This document shows, piece after piece, positions 19,703-30,493 of a stretch of DNA of 32,000 bases (positions are counted from its first letter, which is position 1; each line of letters begins with the position of its first letter). Source of the stretch: Caedibacter taeniospiralis. Its GTDB lineage: Bacteria > Pseudomonadota > Gammaproteobacteria > Francisellales > Francisellaceae. The notes under the pieces are model-generated. The model made no database searches and had not been told where the DNA came from. It worked only from the letters and a program-made list of their open reading frames with translations. The translations under genes and the position numbers were made by a program. Location of the stretch: NCBI RefSeq assembly GCF_002803295.2, contig NZ_PGGB02000003.1, positions 90,210-122,209 on the forward strand, in the 5' to 3' direction.

Positions 19703-20398
19703 TTGGATATTTACATACCTATGTTTTTCAGCAAAAAAACAGATCACAATGAGCTAAAAAAACTTGCTGCAAGGGCCGCACTTGAATACATCAAACCAGG
19801 CATGGTCGTTGGTGTTGGTACAGGATCAACCGTCAACTTTTTTATTGATGAATTAATTAAGATAAAATCCAAAATTGAGCTCACGGTCTCAAGCTCTGAA
19901 GGAAGCACTAAGCGCCTTAAAGCACATGGCTTTGAAGTCGTCGATTTGAATTACCCTGGCAAAGTAGACATCTATATTGATGGCGCTGATGAAGCGAATA
20001 AGCATCGCGAGCTTATCAAAGGAGGAGGAGCAGCTCTTACGCGTGAGAAAATTTGTCGTGTTGCCAGTGAAAAATTTGTTTGCATTATCGATCAAAGCAA
20101 GCTTGTGCCACAATTAGGCAGATTTCCTTTACCCGTTGAGGTCATTCCAATGGCCAGAAGCTATGTTGCCAAAGAACTAATAAGGATTGGGGGGCAGCCT
20201 GTTTATCGTGAGGGAGTTGTGACCGATAATGGCAATATCATCATTGATATTCATAATCTGATGATCGACAACCCATTAAAGCTTGAACAACAACTCAACC
20301 AAATTACAGGTGTTGTCTGTAATGGTCTGTTTGCGGTGAATCCTGCTGATGTGCTTCTGATCGCCAATGACAACGGAAAGATTGATACGATTTCATAA
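19703..20398 (+). CDS. rpiA: Ribose-5-phosphate isomerase A
   Basis: [55 protein letters not shown]. Start may be at 19721 (MFFSKKT). Confidence 0.95.
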   Translation: MDIYIPMFFSKKTDHNELKKLAARAALEYIKPGMVVGVGTGSTVNFFIDELIKIKSKIELTVSSSEGSTKRLKAHGFEVVDLNYPGKVDIYIDGADEANKHRELIKGGGAALTREKICRVASEKFVCIIDQSKLVPQLGRFPLPVEVIPMARSYVAKELIRIGGQPVYREGVVTDNGNIIIDIHNLMIDNPLKLEQQLNQITGVVCNGLFAVNPADVLLIANDNGKIDTIS

Positions 20399-20570
20399 AA
20401 CATACCTATCATAGATCACGGCGTTGAAATTTATGCTTATGCTTAAGGTAGAAGATAGGACTCAATAAACTCTATCCATCGCTTTTTCTACCCATTTGTA
20501 ACTGTAAAACGCTCTACAAGTGAGATACAATCTCCACACTTTTAATCCCTTCCTTTGGAACAATAAACCA

Positions 20571-22142
20571 ATGAGAACCATTAAACGCGCTTTAATTAGC
20601 GTTTCTGACAAAACGGGAATTGTCGACTTTGCCAAACAGCTACATCAACTTCACATAGAGATTTTATCCACAGGGGGTACTGCCAAACTACTTATGGAAG
20701 CTGGAGTTCCCGTCATTGAAGTTTCTGACTACACGGGTTTTCCCGAGATGATGGGTGGACGAGTTAAGACATTACACCCTAAAATTCATGGAGGTATTCT
20801 GGGGCGCCGCGATCGTGATCGAGAAATTATGCAAAAACACCAGATTCCTGAAATTGATCTGATCATTGTTAATCTTTATCCTTTTAAGCAAACAGTTGAG
20901 AAGCCGAATGTAAGCTTTGCTGAAACGATTGAAAATATCGACATTGGAGGTCCTGCGATGCTGCGTTCAGCTGCGAAAAATCATCAGGATGTTGCGGTTA
21001 TTTGCGACCCTAACGATTACGCTGAAATCATACAGAAACTAAACCACACCCAGGGTGCTTTAGACTTCGCAACGCGGTTTCGGCTGGCTTGTAAGGTCTT
21101 TGAACACACTGCACACTATGATGGCATGATTGCTAACCATCTTGGCGCATTCAATCCAGAAACTGGTAATAAAGGGCAACGATTTGCCAATACTATTAAT
21201 TTGCAATATACGAAGGCACAAGAAATGCGCTACGGTGAAAACCCGCATCAGCAGGCTGCACTTTATATTGAGCCAAACTATCCCAACGCATCGGTGGCAC
21301 GCGCCAAACAGCTGCAGGGCAAAGCGTTATCATATAACAATATTGCTGACACGGATGCAGCCCTGCAGTGCGTTAAAAGCTTTGATTTACCCGCTTGCGT
21401 TATTGTTAAACACGCCAATCCTTGCGGTGTTGCGATTGGGAGCTCCTTAAATAAAGCCTATCAAAAGGCTTTTCAAACCGACCCAACCTCTGCCTTTGGT
21501 AGCATTATTGCTTTTAATCAAGTACTTGACGGCATAACTGCTAAAGCAATTATCGATCAGCAGTTTGTTGAAGTAATTATCGCCCCTGAAGTGACGGCGG
21601 ATGCCTTGAAGGTTCTGGCCAATAAGCCTAATGTCCGCGTCCTTGCCTGCGGCTATGACAGAAAGCCAAATTTACCTGAGTTAGAACTGAAAAAAATTGA
21701 TGGAGGTCTTCTTGTGCAGGATAAAGATGTCCATCAGCTAAACGAGAATAAGCTTACTATCGTAACAAAGACAGCTCCTACTGTTAAGCAAGTACAAGAT
21801 CTGCTATTTGCCTGGAAAGTAGTTAAGTTTGTTAAATCAAATGCAATTGTCTATGCCAAAAACCATATGACCATTGGCATAGGGGCTGGACAAATGAGTC
21901 GAGTATTTAGCTCTAAAATTGCTCTTGAGAAGGCTCAGGATGCTAAGCTTAATGTTCACGATTCAGTGATGGCATCTGATGCTTTTTTCCCTTTTAGAGA
22001 TGGAGTGGATGCTGCGGCTAAATCAGGCATTAGCGCAATTATTCAACCAGGTGGCTCAATGCGCGATCAGGAAGTGATCGATGCAGCAAATGAGCATGGC
22101 ATTGTCATGGTATTTACAGGGGTGAGACATTTTAGGCATTGA
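20571..22142 (+). CDS. purH: Bifunctional AICAR transformylase/IMP cyclohydrolase
   Basis: [96 protein letters not shown]. Canonical start at 20571. Confidence 0.96.
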   Translation: MRTIKRALISVSDKTGIVDFAKQLHQLHIEILSTGGTAKLLMEAGVPVIEVSDYTGFPEMMGGRVKTLHPKIHGGILGRRDRDREIMQKHQIPEIDLIIVNLYPFKQTVEKPNVSFAETIENIDIGGPAMLRSAAKNHQDVAVICDPNDYAEIIQKLNHTQGALDFATRFRLACKVFEHTAHYDGMIANHLGAFNPETGNKGQRFANTINLQYTKAQEMRYGENPHQQAALYIEPNYPNASVARAKQLQGKALSYNNIADTDAALQCVKSFDLPACVIVKHANPCGVAIGSSLNKAYQKAFQTDPTSAFGSIIAFNQVLDGITAKAIIDQQFVEVIIAPEVTADALKVLANKPNVRVLACGYDRKPNLPELELKKIDGGLLVQDKDVHQLNENKLTIVTKTAPTVKQVQDLLFAWKVVKFVKSNAIVYAKNHMTIGIGAGQMSRVFSSKIALEKAQDAKLNVHDSVMASDAFFPFRDGVDAAAKSGISAIIQPGGSMRDQEVIDAANEHGIVMVFTGVRHFRH

Positions 22143-23484
22143 TATCCAGCGCATTCATTGCTTTTAGGATAATGACAGCTTCAGCCAGTTGCTTATCCTT
22201 TTGCAATAATTGCTGCATGGTTTGATACTCTTTTTTATATTTTGCCAGAGCTTCTTTGGTAGACTGATCCTTTTCTACACCACTATTTGATGCAATCGCA
22301 TGCTGGAAACTACTCTCTTCAAACTCAAAATCTGCCGTTTTATTTTCCTCTATAGCTTTACTTGCTTCTGTTATCAATACCCTTTCATCTTCCTCCACCA
22401 CCACATCTGGAATCACTCCCTTTGCCTGAATAGCTGTACCATTTGGGGTGTAATATCTTGCGGTCGTAAGTTTGACGGCGTTAGTCTCAGAAATAGGGAT
22501 AACAGTTTGCACCGACCCCTTGCCAAAAGTTTTAACCCCAACAAGCACCGCTCTGTGGTGATCTTGCAGTGCCCCTGCCACAATTTCAGATGCTGAAGCA
22601 GAGCCCTTATTCACCAGTACAACCATTGGTAAACCATGAATATAATCATCACTGACGACATAGCTTGTGATTGACTCATGGGGATTTCGCGACTTAGTGA
22701 ACACAATTTTCTTAGGGTTCCCAGGGCTGACTTGTAAAAAAGTATCACTCACCGCAACGGCCGCATCCAGTAAACCACCTGGATTATTGCGTAAATCGAG
22801 CACGTAACCTCTCAGCTTGGGGTTTTTATGCGCCAATTGATCAATGTTTTTCCTAAGCTCTTCTGCTGTATTTCCTTGAAACTGACTAATCCTTAAATAA
22901 CCATAATCCTCGGCAATAAGTTCAGAGTTGACCGAGTTCAATTTTACGTTCTCACGCACGAGCGATAATGTGATCGGCTTTGGTGCTTTAGGACGCAAGA
23001 TGGTAATTGAAACTTCCGTACCAGGTTTCCCGCGCATTTTTTTTACTGCTTCGTCTAACGTCATTCCCACAACGCTGACATCATCAATTTTAATAATATA
23101 ATCACCTGCTTTCACCCCTGCTCGATGCGCTGGCGTATCATCGATAGGGGAAATTACTTTGATCTTTTCATCAACTGAACTGACGTGCATTCCAAGACCT
23201 GCAAACTCGCCATGAATCGATAGCTGCAAATCGGCAAAATCCTCATCATCTAAGAAACGTGAATGCGGATCTAAAGATTGCAGCATGCCATCTATTGCTC
23301 CTTCTAAAATTTTCTCATCGCTTAACTCATCCACATATGCCTGCTTAACTAAGCCTATGCTACGGGATAATTTATCGATATGTTGTTGTGTTTCCTGATC
23401 TTGCATCTGACTCTCTTGAGCAAAAATTGATGTAGACGACAAGCTCAAAGTGAGCGCATATAGAAAATATTTAGATTTCATCAT
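22132..23484 (-). CDS. S41 family C-terminal processing peptidase (PDZ domain, signal peptide)
   Basis: Signal peptide [32 protein letters not shown]...[19 protein letters not shown], catalytic [39 protein letters not shown]. Confidence 0.92.
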   Translation of the reverse strand: MMKSKYFLYALTLSLSSTSIFAQESQMQDQETQQHIDKLSRSIGLVKQAYVDELSDEKILEGAIDGMLQSLDPHSRFLDDEDFADLQLSIHGEFAGLGMHVSSVDEKIKVISPIDDTPAHRAGVKAGDYIIKIDDVSVVGMTLDEAVKKMRGKPGTEVSITILRPKAPKPITLSLVRENVKLNSVNSELIAEDYGYLRISQFQGNTAEELRKNIDQLAHKNPKLRGYVLDLRNNPGGLLDAAVAVSDTFLQVSPGNPKKIVFTKSRNPHESITSYVVSDDYIHGLPMVVLVNKGSASASEIVAGALQDHHRAVLVGVKTFGKGSVQTVIPISETNAVKLTTARYYTPNGTAIQAKGVIPDVVVEEDERVLITEASKAIEENKTADFEFEESSFQHAIASNSGVEKDQSTKEALAKYKKEYQTMQQLLQKDKQLAEAVIILKAMNALDINA

Positions 23485-23668
23485 AACCAGTACCTCATGT
23501 AGCTCCAAAAACATCCATTTGTAATATTATTCTGCCTCAAGTGTAGGAGCTATTTATAGAATTTCAAACTCATTGAGAGTGATAAAATTATATTAACTTT
23601 TCCGCAATTAATGCACACGGGATGATTCTATGACATACTACGCCGAAAAATTTGATGCTTAGTTTGTA

Positions 23669-24412
23669 ATGAAACACACAGGACTTTTTGAACGAACCGC
23701 TATCCTTGTCAATGATCGTGGTATTGATCAGTTAAAAAACGCACATATTCTCTTGGCTGGCATCGGGGGTGTTGGTTCTTTTGCCGCAGAAAGCTTAGCG
23801 CGCGCGGGTATTGGTAAAATAACGCTTATTGATCATGACGTGGTTTCAGCATCAAATCTGAATCGCCAATTAGTTGCGCTTAATTCAAATATTGGCATCA
23901 AAAAGGCGGTCATTATGCGTGAGCGTATTCTGGATATTAACCCTGATTGCAAGATTAATATTATTGACGATTTTGTCCGCAAAGAGGATATGGAACGGAT
24001 TTTTGATAAGCCATATGACTTTGTGATTGATGCCATTGACAGCCTGGCTTGCAAGGTCGCCCTTATTGCTTATGCACATGGTAAAGGTTATAAGGTCATT
24101 TCAAGCATGGGCGCAGGGGGAAAGCTTGATCCAACACAAATTAAAGTCGCTGATATTTATCAAACCAGCATTTGTAAGCTTGCCAAGTTTATACGCGTCC
24201 GTTTACGCAGACTCAAGATCAAAAAAGGTATCCTTGCCGTTTATTCAACAGAGAGCTCACTGCCTCCTTTGCCACCTGAACCTGTGGCAGGAAGTGGGCG
24301 TGACAGGGCAGTAAATGGAACGATAAGCTATATGCCTGCTTTATTTGGTTTAACCATAGCGGGCATGGTGATTAAACAAATCATTGCGGAAAATTTAAAT
24401 ATTAATAACTAA
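23669..24412 (+). CDS. tcdA: tRNA threonylcarbamoyladenosine dehydratase (TcdA/CsdL, E1-like)
   Basis: MKHTGLFERTAILVNDRGIDQLKNAHILLAGIGGVGSFAAESLARAGIGKITLIDHDVVSASNLNRQLVAL; family hallmarks. Confidence 0.9.
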   Translation: MKHTGLFERTAILVNDRGIDQLKNAHILLAGIGGVGSFAAESLARAGIGKITLIDHDVVSASNLNRQLVALNSNIGIKKAVIMRERILDINPDCKINIIDDFVRKEDMERIFDKPYDFVIDAIDSLACKVALIAYAHGKGYKVISSMGAGGKLDPTQIKVADIYQTSICKLAKFIRVRLRRLKIKKGILAVYSTESSLPPLPPEPVAGSGRDRAVNGTISYMPALFGLTIAGMVIKQIIAENLNINN

Positions 24413-24449
24413 TCTAACTGAAGTTACGCGCTTTTGCTGGCTTTAAAGA

Positions 24450-24622
24450 CTACCCCGTCAGCCTCACGCGCAGAGCTTGTGGCGTTCAAAGCTAAAGAAG
24501 CAAAACTGTTTGCTTCTTTCGGGCGCTTTTCACCCCCTTCGCGAACGAAGGGGAATTAACAAAAAGCTGCCAAACATTCCCCTTCACAAGTGAAGGGGTG
24601 CCAAGCCTGCGAGGCGGGGTAG
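24450..24622. repeat. Composite dispersed inverted repeat, copy B
   Basis: CTACCCCGTCAGCCT ... CCCCTTCGcgaaCGAAGGGGAATTA ... ATTCCCCTTCACaaGTGAAGGGGTGCC ... GCGAGGCGGGGTAG; same design as 10634..10771 with a longer 5' insert. Confidence 0.8.
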
Positions 24623-24650
24623 TTCAGCAAAAGTGCATCTAACAGCAGCG

Positions 24651-25412
24651 CTACTTCACACGACCTGGTTTACCCCTAAACAGGCGCGTAACCGCTCCAG
24701 ATAAAGCGTAAGTCATAAAAACTACAAACAGCGTAATGGAAGGATCGATAAAAATAATCGCTATGATAAAAACCACCAAAACGGTTTGGGTAAAAACCAT
24801 TTTTCCTTTTAAATCATAGTCCTTAAAACTTCTAAACTTAATGTTGCTCACCATCATGGCGGACAGATACAGCGTAATGACAGTCGCAAAAAAAGTGACC
24901 CACCCCTCTGCCGAAGAATGTCCAAGCGTGTTACAAAACCATACAAATCCAGCAATCGCCGCCGCAGCAGCAGGGCAGGGAATCCCCGTGAAGTATCGTT
25001 TACTCTCAGGGGTATTGTCATCAAGCTGTGTGTTAAAGCGCGCTAAACGTAACCCGACGCAAGCCAGATAAATAAATGCTACAGCCCAACCAAATTGTGC
25101 TAAGTGCTTTACTGCCCAAAAGTAGATAATCAAGGCAGGCGCTACACCAAAAGAAACCATGTCGGCTAATGAATCATATTCCGCGCCAAAAGCACTCTGT
25201 GTGTTTGTCAAGCGTGCCACACGCCCATCTAAAGAATCCATGATAGCCGCAATATAAATACACACTGATGCTAAAACAAAATGGCTATTAAATGCCGCGA
25301 TGATCGAATAAAATCCTGCAAATAAACTCGCTGAAGTAAATAAATTGGGCAATATATAAATGCCTCTGCTGCGTTGAGTTGCAGGGTTCTCTGGTGCTTG
25401 CTCATTTTTCAT
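24651..25412 (-). CDS. pssA: CDP-diacylglycerol--serine O-phosphatidyltransferase
   Basis: CDP-alcohol phosphatidyltransferase motif MDSLDGRVARLTNTQSAFGAEYDSLADMVSFG. Confidence 0.93.
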   Translation of the reverse strand: MKNEQAPENPATQRSRGIYILPNLFTSASLFAGFYSIIAAFNSHFVLASVCIYIAAIMDSLDGRVARLTNTQSAFGAEYDSLADMVSFGVAPALIIYFWAVKHLAQFGWAVAFIYLACVGLRLARFNTQLDDNTPESKRYFTGIPCPAAAAAIAGFVWFCNTLGHSSAEGWVTFFATVITLYLSAMMVSNIKFRSFKDYDLKGKMVFTQTVLVVFIIAIIFIDPSITLFVVFMTYALSGAVTRLFRGKPGRVK

Positions 25413-25422
25413 ATGACTTCCT

Positions 25423-26412
25423 TTATATCTTGGACTCTTTTGCTTCTTGATTATCTTGTGATTTCTTCAGCTTGGTCTGTTTAAGTAACTTTGGCAATGG
25501 GAAAGTGACTTCTTCCTTTACTCCCTCAAAATCAACAACTCCCGCCGCTGGAAAATTAGCTTGCAAGAAGCTTACCACTTGTTGCACTAGATATTCTGGC
25601 GCTGAAGCCCCTGCAGTAATTCCACAACTCTTCTTGCCAACAAACCAGGTTAAATCAACATCATCTTTATTGTCAATCAGATAGGCATCCACGCCTTCTT
25701 TTTCAGCCAACTCACGTAAACGATTAGAATTTGAACTGTTTTTAGAGCCCACCACCAGCAGGATATCGACCTCCTTAGCCAGCTCTCTTATCGCATTTTG
25801 ACGGTTCTGAGTCGCATAGCAAATATCTTCTCTTTTGGGTGAACTGACTTCGGGATATTTTTCTTTTAAGGCATAAATAATATCTTTTGTTTCGTCAACC
25901 GAGAGCGTCGTTTGAGTCGCATAGATTAGTTGCTGCGGATTTTTTAGGTTCAAGGCATGTACATCAGCAACATTTTCGACTAAATAAATCTGGCTATATT
26001 TACTTCTATATTGCCCAAGAGTGCCTTCCACTTCGGGATGCCCCTTGTGCCCTATGAGCACACACTCAACACCTGTGCTACTTGCTTTTTGTACCTCTCT
26101 ATGTACCTTCGTCACCAGTGGACAGGTTGCGTCATATATCTTTAGCGCCTTACGCTTTGCCTCTTCTTCAATGGCTTGCGAAACACCGTGCGCACTAAAA
26201 ATACACACCGAACCATAGGGAACTTCATTTAGCTCTTTGACAAAGACCGCCCCTTTATCCTTTAAGTTCTCAACTACTGCTCGGTTATGAACGACTTCAT
26301 GACGCACGTAAACAGGATGAGGCTCTATCGCTAAAACCTTTTCAACGACATCAACCGCACGCGAAACGCCCGCACAAAAGCCTCGCGGGTTAGCTAAAAT
26401 GATCCTCATCAT
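25423..26412 (-). CDS. ispH: 4-hydroxy-3-methylbut-2-enyl diphosphate reductase
   Basis: IILANPRGFCAGVSRAVDVVEK, IFSAHGVS, DATCPLVTKVH, GITAGASAPEYLVQQV. Confidence 0.96.
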   Translation of the reverse strand: MMRIILANPRGFCAGVSRAVDVVEKVLAIEPHPVYVRHEVVHNRAVVENLKDKGAVFVKELNEVPYGSVCIFSAHGVSQAIEEEAKRKALKIYDATCPLVTKVHREVQKASSTGVECVLIGHKGHPEVEGTLGQYRSKYSQIYLVENVADVHALNLKNPQQLIYATQTTLSVDETKDIIYALKEKYPEVSSPKREDICYATQNRQNAIRELAKEVDILLVVGSKNSSNSNRLRELAEKEGVDAYLIDNKDDVDLTWFVGKKSCGITAGASAPEYLVQQVVSFLQANFPAAGVVDFEGVKEEVTFPLPKLLKQTKLKKSQDNQEAKESKI

Positions 26413-26852
26413 TCAGGTTCCTTATCCAAGATCTCTAAAATATCAACATCAAATAAAATCGCCTGTCCTGATAAAGGATGATTAAAATCGACGGTTACGT
26501 CATGTTCGTGGATTTCGGTGATAATGCCAGGAAGCTCGGTGCCATCTTTTTGTGAAAACGCGACGATCAAGCCTTCTTCTAACGCGATATCCAACGGAAA
26601 TCGCTTTTTAGGAACCTCGTAGATCATAGCAGGATGTTTGTTACCAAAAGCCTCTTCTGGCATGAGCATCATTTTGCGATTAATCCCTGCTTCAAGACCC
26701 AGTAAGTCGGACTCAAGTTTCTCAGCAAAAGCTCCCTTGCCCATTTGGAAAATATAGGGTTGATTGTAATTTCTTGTATCTTCTGCAATTGAACCATCTT
26801 TAAGGCGAATTTTAAAATGCATTTTTACAAAGCTGTCTCTTTGTATTTTCAT
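26409..26852 (-). CDS. fkpB: FKBP-type peptidyl-prolyl cis-trans isomerase, SlpA/FkpB-like
   Basis: FRLKDGSIAEDT-like N-terminus (FKIRLKDGSIAEDTRNYNQPYIFQMGKG), MMLMPEEAFG, VDFNHPLSGQAILFDVDILEI; overlaps ispH by 4 nt, as in the common slpA-ispH pair. Confidence 0.92.
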   Translation of the reverse strand: MKIQRDSFVKMHFKIRLKDGSIAEDTRNYNQPYIFQMGKGAFAEKLESDLLGLEAGINRKMMLMPEEAFGNKHPAMIYEVPKKRFPLDIALEEGLIVAFSQKDGTELPGIITEIHEHDVTVDFNHPLSGQAILFDVDILEILDKEPE

Positions 26853-26949
26853 GGAATACCTTCATTGTGCTTTCTTTTGCTTTTCTCCAGTAACTAAGCT
26901 AGAGTTCCAACAGATTGGTAACGCGCACATTCTACGAGATTTATAAAAA

Positions 26950-27741
26950 ATGCACAAATATTCGTTTGCAAAGATGCCAGCAACTTTAGTCAATAAGCTC
27001 ATAGCAGCTTCTTTAAGTTTTTGTTTGACGCTGACGTTTCTTCCTCTCTCTAGTCACTCAGAGAGTTTACAACAACGGTATCATGTTTTTTTGAGTAACT
27101 ATTATTTATCGGATACACCGTTATCTAGCGCAGGGAAAATTATCGCCTCAACAAAGGGAAAAACGCTGATTTCAGTGGGTGACACTATTTATGTCTCACC
27201 GGCAAAAAAAAGTCCAATGTATTATGCTGTTGCCTATGTTCAAAGCATCCCTTATGGCAAGGGAAAAAAAGCAAACTATGATTATCTGTTAAAACGACTT
27301 GGAACAGCAAAATTAAGTGCTGATCGCCAAGATATATTAATTATGCAGATGGCTGATGTTGTTCAGGAAATTAGCTTGGGTGATCACATGCTGCCAGCGG
27401 ATCTGATCAATTCCAAACTCCCCGATCAAGAGCTTATTGCAGATCAGAATATTTCAGGTATTGTCATGCAATTAGAGGATGCGACTAGTTTTGCAGGGAC
27501 TTATCAATCTGTTTTACTCAACATGGGATACGCTTCTGGGTTAAAATTGGGCATGCGTGTCTATTTTGAATCGACACCACAAAAAATTGACGATTACAAC
27601 CTTTCAGGAGGCTATTTAGGTCAGGGATTTATTTATCGTCTGGCAAGTCATCATGCCATAGCATTAGTGACACACGCCAAACAGGAAATTTTGGTTGGCA
27701 GTATTGCTCTTACACAGCTGCCAAAGCGCCATGTTAAATAG
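26950..27741 (+). CDS. Exported protein of unknown function upstream of dprA
   Basis: Hydrophobic signal sequence LIAASLSFCLTLTFLPLSSHSES, then ~220 aa without recognisable catalytic motifs; 3' end overlaps the dprA ORF by up to 47 nt. Confidence 0.7.
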   Translation: MHKYSFAKMPATLVNKLIAASLSFCLTLTFLPLSSHSESLQQRYHVFLSNYYLSDTPLSSAGKIIASTKGKTLISVGDTIYVSPAKKSPMYYAVAYVQSIPYGKGKKANYDYLLKRLGTAKLSADRQDILIMQMADVVQEISLGDHMLPADLINSKLPDQELIADQNISGIVMQLEDATSFAGTYQSVLLNMGYASGLKLGMRVYFESTPQKIDDYNLSGGYLGQGFIYRLASHHAIALVTHAKQEILVGSIALTQLPKRHVK

Positions 27742-28819
27742 TACTGATTTTGCAATATTGCACACCTTACCACATTTCACATTTGGACACTATCAAAAAC
27801 TCATTGCTGCCAAGATAACGATTTCGGAGCTGCTTAAAAAACCTTGGCTTTACCAGAAGTTTTTGGGTTTAAATGCGCAGACCATCGATTTCATTCGGGA
27901 TGAAAAATACACAGACTATCTTAGTAAAGTGGATTCCTGGCTAAAGCAATCATCAAATCATCACCTTATCCACCATATAGACACAGGTTTTCCATCTCAA
28001 CTTAAACAGATTTCTGATCCACCGCTTAGCCTGTATGCCATTGGTGATATCGCGTTACTTGGCACGTTGCAGCTTGCCGTTGTGGGCACGCGTCACGCAA
28101 GCTTTTACGGTGCTGAAATAATCCATCATCTTATCCCAGAGCTTACTGAATCTAATCTCACCATTACCAGTGGCATGGCCTTGGGGATCGATGCCCTTGC
28201 ACATGAAGAAGCCTTGAAAAACAATGGTAAAACCATCGCCATCTTGGGAACAGGGGTTAATATTTGTTATCCTCCACAAAATCGCAGACTCTACGCTGAG
28301 ATACATTCCAAGGGTTTAGTTATTTCCGAGTTTTTACTCAATCAAGTCCCTAAGCGCTACCACTTCCCTAGGAGAAATCGAATTATCAGCGGTTTAAGTT
28401 TGGGTGTAGTTGTCGTTGAGGCTGCCGATAGAAGTGGCTCATTGATTACTGCCATGCACGCACTAGAACAAAATCGGGAAGTTTTTGCTGTGCCAGGGAA
28501 TATTTTTCATAACGAAAGTCACGGATGTAATAAGCTCATCCAGATGGGGGCTAAGCTCATTAGTTCTGCAGATGACATTATCAGTGAGCTTAACCTAAAG
28601 CAAACATTAAACAATTCAAAACTTAAACCATTTCAGCAATCACTGCTACTTACGCAGGAACAACAGCTCGTATTTGAGAGTATCAGCTCAACCTGTACTA
28701 CTATTGATAAAATCATCGACAATACCAACTTAACATACGCGAAAATTACTGGCATACTGTTTGAGCTTGAGATGGAAGCGCTTATTTGTGCGGTTCCAGG
28801 CGGATATAGACGAGTCTAA
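27695..28819 (+). CDS. dprA: DNA processing protein DprA/Smf
   Basis: FPSQLKQISDPPLSLYAIGD, VVGTRHASFYG, TSGMALGIDALAHEEALKNNGKTIAILGTGVNICYPPQNRRLYAEI, PGNIFHNESHGCNKLIQMGAKLI. Confidence 0.93.
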   Translation: MAVLLLHSCQSAMLNSTDFAILHTLPHFTFGHYQKLIAAKITISELLKKPWLYQKFLGLNAQTIDFIRDEKYTDYLSKVDSWLKQSSNHHLIHHIDTGFPSQLKQISDPPLSLYAIGDIALLGTLQLAVVGTRHASFYGAEIIHHLIPELTESNLTITSGMALGIDALAHEEALKNNGKTIAILGTGVNICYPPQNRRLYAEIHSKGLVISEFLLNQVPKRYHFPRRNRIISGLSLGVVVVEAADRSGSLITAMHALEQNREVFAVPGNIFHNESHGCNKLIQMGAKLISSADDIISELNLKQTLNNSKLKPFQQSLLLTQEQQLVFESISSTCTTIDKIIDNTNLTYAKITGILFELEMEALICAVPGGYRRV

Positions 28820-28827
28820 AAGGTACC

Positions 28828-29310
28828 ATGAACGATCAACCCCAAATATTACAAATTTTGATGTCATTATTTAATGACTTACCGCATTTAGAAGAGGAAA
28901 TCATTAGAGTCACTAATTCACAAGAACTCTTAAGTGAATTACAAAACAGCGGTCTAAAAGGTCAATCGCTTGAGCGGGCATTTGTATGGCTTGAGCAATT
29001 TACTAAACTGAATGAAAGGACCAAAATCAGTTATCAGCCCGGCACAGCGCGTGTATTTACCAATGCGGAAAAAGCCGTTATCCCTTCGGAGTGCCTGAGC
29101 TTTTTGCTGGAGGCTCATCATATAGGAGAGATTCAATCTCATGAGCTGGAGTTTATTATCGAACAAATCATGACACTAAGCACACATGCCATCACTGAAG
29201 AACAGTTTCTATGGGTTTTTGACATGACCGTGACCAATCAAATGGATGACTCAATGGATGTTGTCATCGGCATTCACGAATTACCAGGCACCTCTTTATA
29301 TATTCACTAA
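28828..29310 (+). CDS. smg: Smg family protein (DUF494)
   Basis: ~160 aa acidic protein beginning with ILMSLFNDLPHLEEEI immediately downstream of dprA, the conserved smf-smg order. Confidence 0.85.
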   Translation: MNDQPQILQILMSLFNDLPHLEEEIIRVTNSQELLSELQNSGLKGQSLERAFVWLEQFTKLNERTKISYQPGTARVFTNAEKAVIPSECLSFLLEAHHIGEIQSHELEFIIEQIMTLSTHAITEEQFLWVFDMTVTNQMDDSMDVVIGIHELPGTSLYIH

Positions 29311-29331
29311 TCGTCTTACGTTGCCAGTAAG

Positions 29332-29396
29332 GAATCTCAAGTTTAATAAGATGCCCATTTGTTTCGACGGGTAGTAGGGTGGATAAGCCAAAGGCG
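29332..29396. repeat. Dispersed GGGTGGATAAGCC-type repeat, truncated copy
   Basis: GAATCTCAAGTTTAATAAGATGCCCATTTGTTTCGACGGGTAGTAGGGTGGATAAGCCAAAGGC matches 19252.. closely; the right inverted arm is absent. Confidence 0.72.
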
Positions 29397-29536
29397 ATAT
29401 TTTTAATCGTAGCTTTTGGCAGGTTTGCAGCAACTTACATTTGCATTCAAACCACCTCATAAATCCATCTCAATTGCTGTAAATGACTGACTTGTCAGCA
29501 ATTGCGGAAAGAAGATTTTTTTTTGGAAAAAAGCTA

Positions 29537-29565
29537 TTGACTCTAAAATGCTTCATCTATAGAAT
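29537..29565 (+). promoter_or_regulatory. Putative sigma70 promoter for tRNA-Asn
   Basis: TTGACT - 17 nt - TAGAAT, about 19 nt upstream of the tRNA 5' end. Confidence 0.55.
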
Positions 29566-29583
29566 TGCCTTTCGTTAAGGCAT

Positions 29584-29659
<76 letters not shown>

Positions 29660-29725
29660 TCTAAAAGCCATATCTGGCAACGTATACGAGAATTTAAACA
29701 AAATCTGTAACTACCCAGAAGGTTG

Positions 29726-30154
29726 TTAATTGAACTGAGGTGTTTTGCCGTTAAATACATCCGCAATGGCATCAATAATCTTCCAGCCTTGTTTACGAGC
29801 AGTCGATAGTAAAGTACGAATACGCACAAATTTCTGGGCCCCAGCCTCACTACGAAAGCAACCCGAAACTTTTTGCTTTACCTTCATCATACGCAAGTCA
29901 TTCTCCGCTTGACTATTGGTAAATGGCACCTTAGCATCATAAATAAATCTCAATACCTCAGCTTTATAATCACCTAAGCGCAATAACAAGTTATGCCCTG
30001 TTCTTCGTTTCTTTCTGCCTCTTTTACCAGCATTTTCTAAAGGCATCAAAATCTCGTGATATGTAAGACCGTCCTTGACAATTCGATCATAAATTTTACC
30101 GATCAGGATTTGCTTATCAGGTAAGAGCACTGATTGCTCAGATATATTCACCAT
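29726..30154 (-). pseudogene. IS66-family transposase C-terminal fragment
   Basis: LLRLGDYKAEVLRFIYDAKVPFTNSQAENDLRMMKVKQKVSGCFRSEAGAQKFVRIRTLLSTARKQG is typical of the IS66 DDE C-terminus. Confidence 0.88.
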
Positions 30155-30201
30155 TAGTAATTGTTGACTTAAGCTCGCCTTTTTCGCTTACGCTTTTGCT
30201 T

Positions 30202-30354
30202 TTATTTAGGACGTAACAAACCATCGCTTGAAGGCGGTTTTGAACTGTTGCGACTATTCTTAGAAAGCCGCTTCTTAAGTTGCTCAATCTCCTCTTTTAG
30301 TCGAGCATTTTCACGCTCAAGCGCGTCGATTCTGGTTAATAGCTCTTGAATCAT
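30202..30354 (-). pseudogene. IS66-family transposase N-terminal fragment
   Basis: MIQELLTRIDALERENARLKEEIEQLKKRLSKNSRNSSKPPSSDGLLRPK then stop: the usual IS66 N-terminal leucine-rich/SSKPPSSDG region, separated from the C-terminal part by an internal deletion. Confidence 0.85.
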
Positions 30355-30493
30355 TTTTTTCTAGGGTCGTGTCCATTGGTAAGATTACGCCATACTTATT
30401 TGCAAATGAAAATACCTAATCTGGAAAAATGCCAAAATTCATCATCTATCAAAGTTTAACCTGCTGGGTAGTTACAATAAGTCTTTAAAAAAA

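Noticed and set aside
20399-20570. Leader of purH examined for a riboswitch or attenuator
   Set aside because: No recognisable purine riboswitch core or strong terminator hairpin could be made out by eye.
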